Below are positions 60,442 through 64,000 of a DNA stretch of 64,000 bases, in pieces. The first letter of the stretch is position 1. Every line of letters begins with the position of its first letter. The position numbers and the translations under genes are program-made. Source of the DNA: Candidatus Kapaibacterium sp. (GTDB lineage Bacteria; Bacteroidota; Ignavibacteria; Palsa-1295); the NCBI GenBank assembly GCA_017882165.1, contig JADGPZ010000003.1, forward strand, positions 878 through 64,877, read 5' to 3'. The notes below the pieces were generated by a model. The model ran no database searches and was not told where the DNA came from. It saw only the letters and a list, made by a program, of their open reading frames with translations.

Positions 60442-61032
60442 CTACGCAGCCTCTTTCAACGCCGCTCTAATCAGCGCCTCCACGCTTTTCGCCGATTCCG
60501 GTTTATCCCGCACAACGCTTCGGATTGCCTTCTCCGCCACAACCCGCTGATATCCGAGCGCGACAAGCGCTTGCAGTGCATCGCTCCGAACCTTGGCAGC
60601 GCCGGTGGTTGGCGGCGCATACGTCTCTTCCTTCAGCAGTTTGTCACGGAGTTCCACGATGAGCCGTTCGGCAGTTTTACGACCAATGCCTGGAATCGCT
60701 GTCAATCGGCCTGTATCTGCCGAGCCGATGGCCTCGCGAAGATGCTCCGCGCCGAGTCCAGAAAGAATGCCGACCGCCGTCTTTGGTCCGATGCCGCTGA
60801 CACCAACGACCAGATCGAAGAGTGCGCGCTCCTCCATGGAAGCAAAGCCATAGAGCGTCATGGAATCTTCTCGAACGACCAGGCGTGTCCACACCTCACA
60901 CTCACCTCCGAGCTTGCCGGCCTGTTCGTAGGCTTCCTGCGTGCACAGGACTTCGTAGCCGACGCCTGCGGCCTCGATGACGATCGTAAAGGGTGCTTTG
61001 TGCCGGACTTTGCCTCGAAGGAGTGAGATCAC
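60442..61032 (-). CDS. ruvA: Holliday junction branch migration protein RuvA (probable GTG start at 61032)
   Basis: From GTG: (M)ISLLRGKVRHKAPFTIVIEAAGVGYEV..., ~197 aa, domain III at the C-terminus. Confidence 0.8.
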   Translation of the reverse strand: MISLLRGKVRHKAPFTIVIEAAGVGYEVLCTQEAYEQAGKLGGECEVWTRLVVREDSMTLYGFASMEERALFDLVVGVSGIGPKTAVGILSGLGAEHLREAIGSADTGRLTAIPGIGRKTAERLIVELRDKLLKEETYAPPTTGAAKVRSDALQALVALGYQRVVAEKAIRSVVRDKPESAKSVEALIRAALKEAA

Positions 61033-61194
61033 GAAGAGAACCTGGATTACGCGGATTGAGGGCGGCGCAACCATGGTTGCGCCAGATTACACGGATTGAT
61101 TTCGGGATTGACAAGCACTGACATGCGAAATCAGTTTCCGGGTTTGAGTAATATAGCGCCGGGCGTTTCCTCCCGGCGCTACAGGCATAATGGC

Positions 61195-61884
61195 TTAGCT
61201 GCCCACCGTCAACGTCAACTCGGGATGCTCTTGCCTCATGAAGCTCACCGCGACGCCGATATTGAAAAGGATCGCGAAGAGTGCTCCGACAAAAGTAACG
61301 TAGCTGAGTGCGGTCGAGACCGCTCCGAAAACAAAGCCAACGAGATAGAAAATGCCACTGGCAAAACCGCAGAGGTTGACCCATTTGGCAAACGTCTTTG
61401 TCCGCGCCGACGCCAATGCTGCTACGAATGTGACCAAAGCCATTGCTCCCACGCCTGCGGTCTCCGTGTAGAACCGCAATTGTTGCACGGCTTGCGATAA
61501 GCCGAGGGAGTTGGTGGATGCATAATCGAGCGCAGACATTCGAACGCCATACACTCCGATCGTCCCGGCTACAAAGAACAGAGCGGACGCGATGACGCCC
61601 CATCCACCGAGTATGATTCCGAGCCACGGCTGCTTCCGGGAGAACTTTTGGGTATATGCTGCGGCAAGGATAAAGGTTGTGAACGCAAAAACCCAATCGG
61701 AGAAGTAGGCCACGGTCCAACCACTTTTGTGATCGACCATACATTTGGCGGCCTTGGCCGTGCTTTCCCAATCCGACACCTGCATCCCCCATTGTGGTAG
61801 AGCGACCATGTAAATAGCCCCCACCACGATGAGAAACAACGACTGCACCAATGCCGCCTGCGCGGCAAGCTTACGAATACTCAT
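61195..61884 (-). CDS. Hypothetical integral membrane protein (6 TM)
   Basis: Hydrophobic periodicity; preferred over the overlapping Arg-rich frame 60902..61792. Confidence 0.45.
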   Translation of the reverse strand: MSIRKLAAQAALVQSLFLIVVGAIYMVALPQWGMQVSDWESTAKAAKCMVDHKSGWTVAYFSDWVFAFTTFILAAAYTQKFSRKQPWLGIILGGWGVIASALFFVAGTIGVYGVRMSALDYASTNSLGLSQAVQQLRFYTETAGVGAMALVTFVAALASARTKTFAKWVNLCGFASGIFYLVGFVFGAVSTALSYVTFVGALFAILFNIGVAVSFMRQEHPELTLTVGS

Positions 61885-61991
61885 AATCCCAATCTCCCGG
61901 TTAGTGAATGAAAAACGGATACGAAGGAAGTGCTACAATAATACGAAATCAGAGTGCAAAAAGCAAGCTCCTTCCTGCCGCGTCACAACAA

Positions 61992-63959
61992 TCATCCCAT
62001 TCTGCGCCAGGCAATCTCGTACTGAGTGCGTCCGGCGTGTCGCTTTGGCGCTGGTTTGGCAGCCGTCTTCGGCTTCACTGGTTGCGCGCTCACAGCCGGA
62101 GCTGCAGCCGTTTCAACGGCCTTCAGTGGTACCGGAGAAGACTTCCCGCCAAACTTCAAAAGCTTAAGCTCGCGGTACGCAGGCGTGTTCGGCACGATGG
62201 CCGGCGGGGGATCTTCGCGCGTGCCAGTGAGATAATAGTTGATAAGCTTCCGCGCGATTGGCGCGGAGACGACGCCACCAAATCCTGCATTCTCAACGAG
62301 CACGCAAATCGCGATCTTCGGTTGATCGTACGGCGCGAAGCAATCGAACCACGCGTGGTCCTTGCCGTGCGGATTTTGCGCCGTGCCGGTCTTGCCGGCG
62401 ATCATGATCTTCGAGCCTGGAATTGCGGCCTGATGCGCCGTGCCACCCGGTTCGTTGACGACGCCATACATCGCACGCCGGACGGTCTCGATCACCGAGT
62501 CCGGCACATGAATCTTTCGCGATTTGTAAGCCACGGTGTCCCACTTTCCTGTCGCCATGTTGCAAATCATTCTGGCCGCATGGGGCTGCACCCACACTCC
62601 GTGGTTCGCCCATGTCGCCATGTAGGCTGCCTGTTGCATTGGCGTCACGCCGATCTCGCCCTGGCCAATGCCCTGACTCACGACATATCCAAGCGTCCAT
62701 CCGCGCGGATAGAGCTTGTTCATCCGCTTGGTGTTCGGGATGTAGCCGCTGCCTTCGTGTCCGACATCGACGCCCGTCGGCTGATCGAAGCCGAACTCAC
62801 GCGCGTACTTGTACATCGAGTCGATCCCGAGCTTCAGCACCATTCGATAATAAAACACATCGCACGAGCGGACGATGGACTGGTGAATATCCACAGAGCC
62901 GTGAACGGCATCGTCGTTATACGTATGATTGCCAAACGTAAACGAACCCGGACAGGAGAGCTTGAAATCGAACGGGATCGTCTTGGTCGTGAGACATGCT
63001 GCTGCCATCATGAGCTTCCACGTCGAACCGGGCGGGTAGCGCGTTTGCGTTGCGCGATTGTAGAGTGGATGATCGGGATCGAGCATCACCGACTGATACT
63101 CTCGCTTCGAAGTCTTGCCGGAAAAGAGATCGAGATCGAAATCGGGTTTCGAGACAAGCGCGAGTATGTCACCATTTCGCGGATCGAGCGCGACGATCGC
63201 ACCGTGGTAAGCCCCAAGCAATTGCTCGGCGTATTCCTGCAAGTCGATATCCATGCCGAGTTGCACGTTGTCGCCATCGAGGCCGGGCACATCGGTGATG
63301 CCGTTGTTCAATCGTGACTGCGCTTGCCCGCGCGCATCGACGGCTTTGAACTCATAGCCCTTCGCGCCGCGCAACTCGCGCTCGCGGACCTGCTCCATGC
63401 CCGTCGTGCCGACGACATCGCCGGGATGATAGTAATCGCTATCGGCGGTGCTATCGAGGCGGTTCAGCATGGACTCCGAAATTTCCTTCGTGTAGCCGAG
63501 CAAATGCGAGGCACGCACCGGCGCAACATACTCGCGCTTCGACTCCGAGACGATGTCAACACCCGGTAACAGGTCCCGACGCTCCTCGATCGCCGCGATG
63601 ATCCGCGCATCGGCATCGCGCCAGACTTTGATGGGCTGGAACCGCGTATAAAATCCGCCCTGATTGATCCGCTCCAGAATGTAATTCGTATCGACGCCGA
63701 GAATGCGCGCGAGCAGTGGAAGCGTCTGCTTGCGAACGGGATCGAAATCCTGCCGTGTGACAGCAATACTGAATGAAGGCACACTCGCCGCCACGACGCG
63801 GCCCCGGCGGTCATAGATCGTGCCGCGCACGGGCACGCGCTCGATCTTTTTCAGACCCTGCTCGATCGCCGCGCCGCGCAGCGCGGGACCTTCGACGATC
63901 TGAAGCTGCACGAAGCGCACGAGGAATCCGAGGAACACGATAATAATCGCGCCCGCCAT
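61992..63959 (-). CDS. Penicillin-binding protein 2-type peptidoglycan D,D-transpeptidase (MrdA/FtsI family)
   Basis: N-terminal TM (MAGAIIIVFLGFLV from ATG 63959), dimerisation domain, transpeptidase SxxK (PPGSTWK), SxN/KTG motifs. Confidence 0.85.
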   Translation of the reverse strand: MAGAIIIVFLGFLVRFVQLQIVEGPALRGAAIEQGLKKIERVPVRGTIYDRRGRVVAASVPSFSIAVTRQDFDPVRKQTLPLLARILGVDTNYILERINQGGFYTRFQPIKVWRDADARIIAAIEERRDLLPGVDIVSESKREYVAPVRASHLLGYTKEISESMLNRLDSTADSDYYHPGDVVGTTGMEQVRERELRGAKGYEFKAVDARGQAQSRLNNGITDVPGLDGDNVQLGMDIDLQEYAEQLLGAYHGAIVALDPRNGDILALVSKPDFDLDLFSGKTSKREYQSVMLDPDHPLYNRATQTRYPPGSTWKLMMAAACLTTKTIPFDFKLSCPGSFTFGNHTYNDDAVHGSVDIHQSIVRSCDVFYYRMVLKLGIDSMYKYAREFGFDQPTGVDVGHEGSGYIPNTKRMNKLYPRGWTLGYVVSQGIGQGEIGVTPMQQAAYMATWANHGVWVQPHAARMICNMATGKWDTVAYKSRKIHVPDSVIETVRRAMYGVVNEPGGTAHQAAIPGSKIMIAGKTGTAQNPHGKDHAWFDCFAPYDQPKIAICVLVENAGFGGVVSAPIARKLINYYLTGTREDPPPAIVPNTPAYRELKLLKFGGKSSPVPLKAVETAAAPAVSAQPVKPKTAAKPAPKRHAGRTQYEIAWRRMG

Positions 63960-64000
63960 AATCCGCCCACGCAAGGGCGATGCAAACTCGTGTTCGTTCA

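Noticed and set aside
60902-61792. 296-aa minus-strand ORF
   Set aside because: Overlaps the 61195..61884 frame, which encodes a convincing 6-TM protein; this frame is Arg-rich junk.
61908-63317. 469-aa plus-strand ORF
   Set aside because: Antisense to the PBP2 transpeptidase gene; Arg-rich low-information translation.

Overview
This is a 64-kb high-GC (~58-60%) bacterial chromosomal segment, probably from the FCB group (Bacteroidetes/Chlorobi/Ignavibacteria-like). Evidence: a T9SS C-terminal sorting domain, TAnnTTTG promoter-like motifs and a bS22-like small ribosomal protein. Housekeeping content: aconitase, enolase, coaE, trxB, queG, pgk, a near-complete S10-spc ribosomal protein cluster (rpsJ through rpmD) with tuf immediately upstream, an isolated fusA, comM, tRNA-Ala(GGC), tRNA-Asp(GUC), cmk, ispH, ruvA and a PBP2-type transpeptidase. 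Accessory content: (1) a TA-bracketed region (HicAB, DUF4258/DUF2283) holding a rus-operon-like redox module: a rusticyanin-like cupredoxin with a Met-rich tail that continues in frame through a single TAG into a signal-less beta-barrel ORF, then a Cyc2-like fused monoheme cytochrome-porin and a diheme c-type cytochrome. (2) A BY-kinase (Wzc-like) / CpsB phosphatase / GT4 exopolysaccharide module. (3) A ~4-kb low-GC (~45%) island directly downstream of rpmD, where rplO-secY would be expected, carrying a DNA methyltransferase remnant and several unknown genes. (4) A ~9.7-kb glycan cluster (two YfhO paralogs, a GT-C-like protein, Wzy-like and Wzz-like genes) wedged between tuf and fusA. (5) An FAD-oxidoreductase fused to a ~280-aa Gly/Arg/Pro-rich repeat tail. 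Several hairpin-rich repeat families occur in intergenic regions. No CRISPR arrays, rRNAs or IS transposases were seen.
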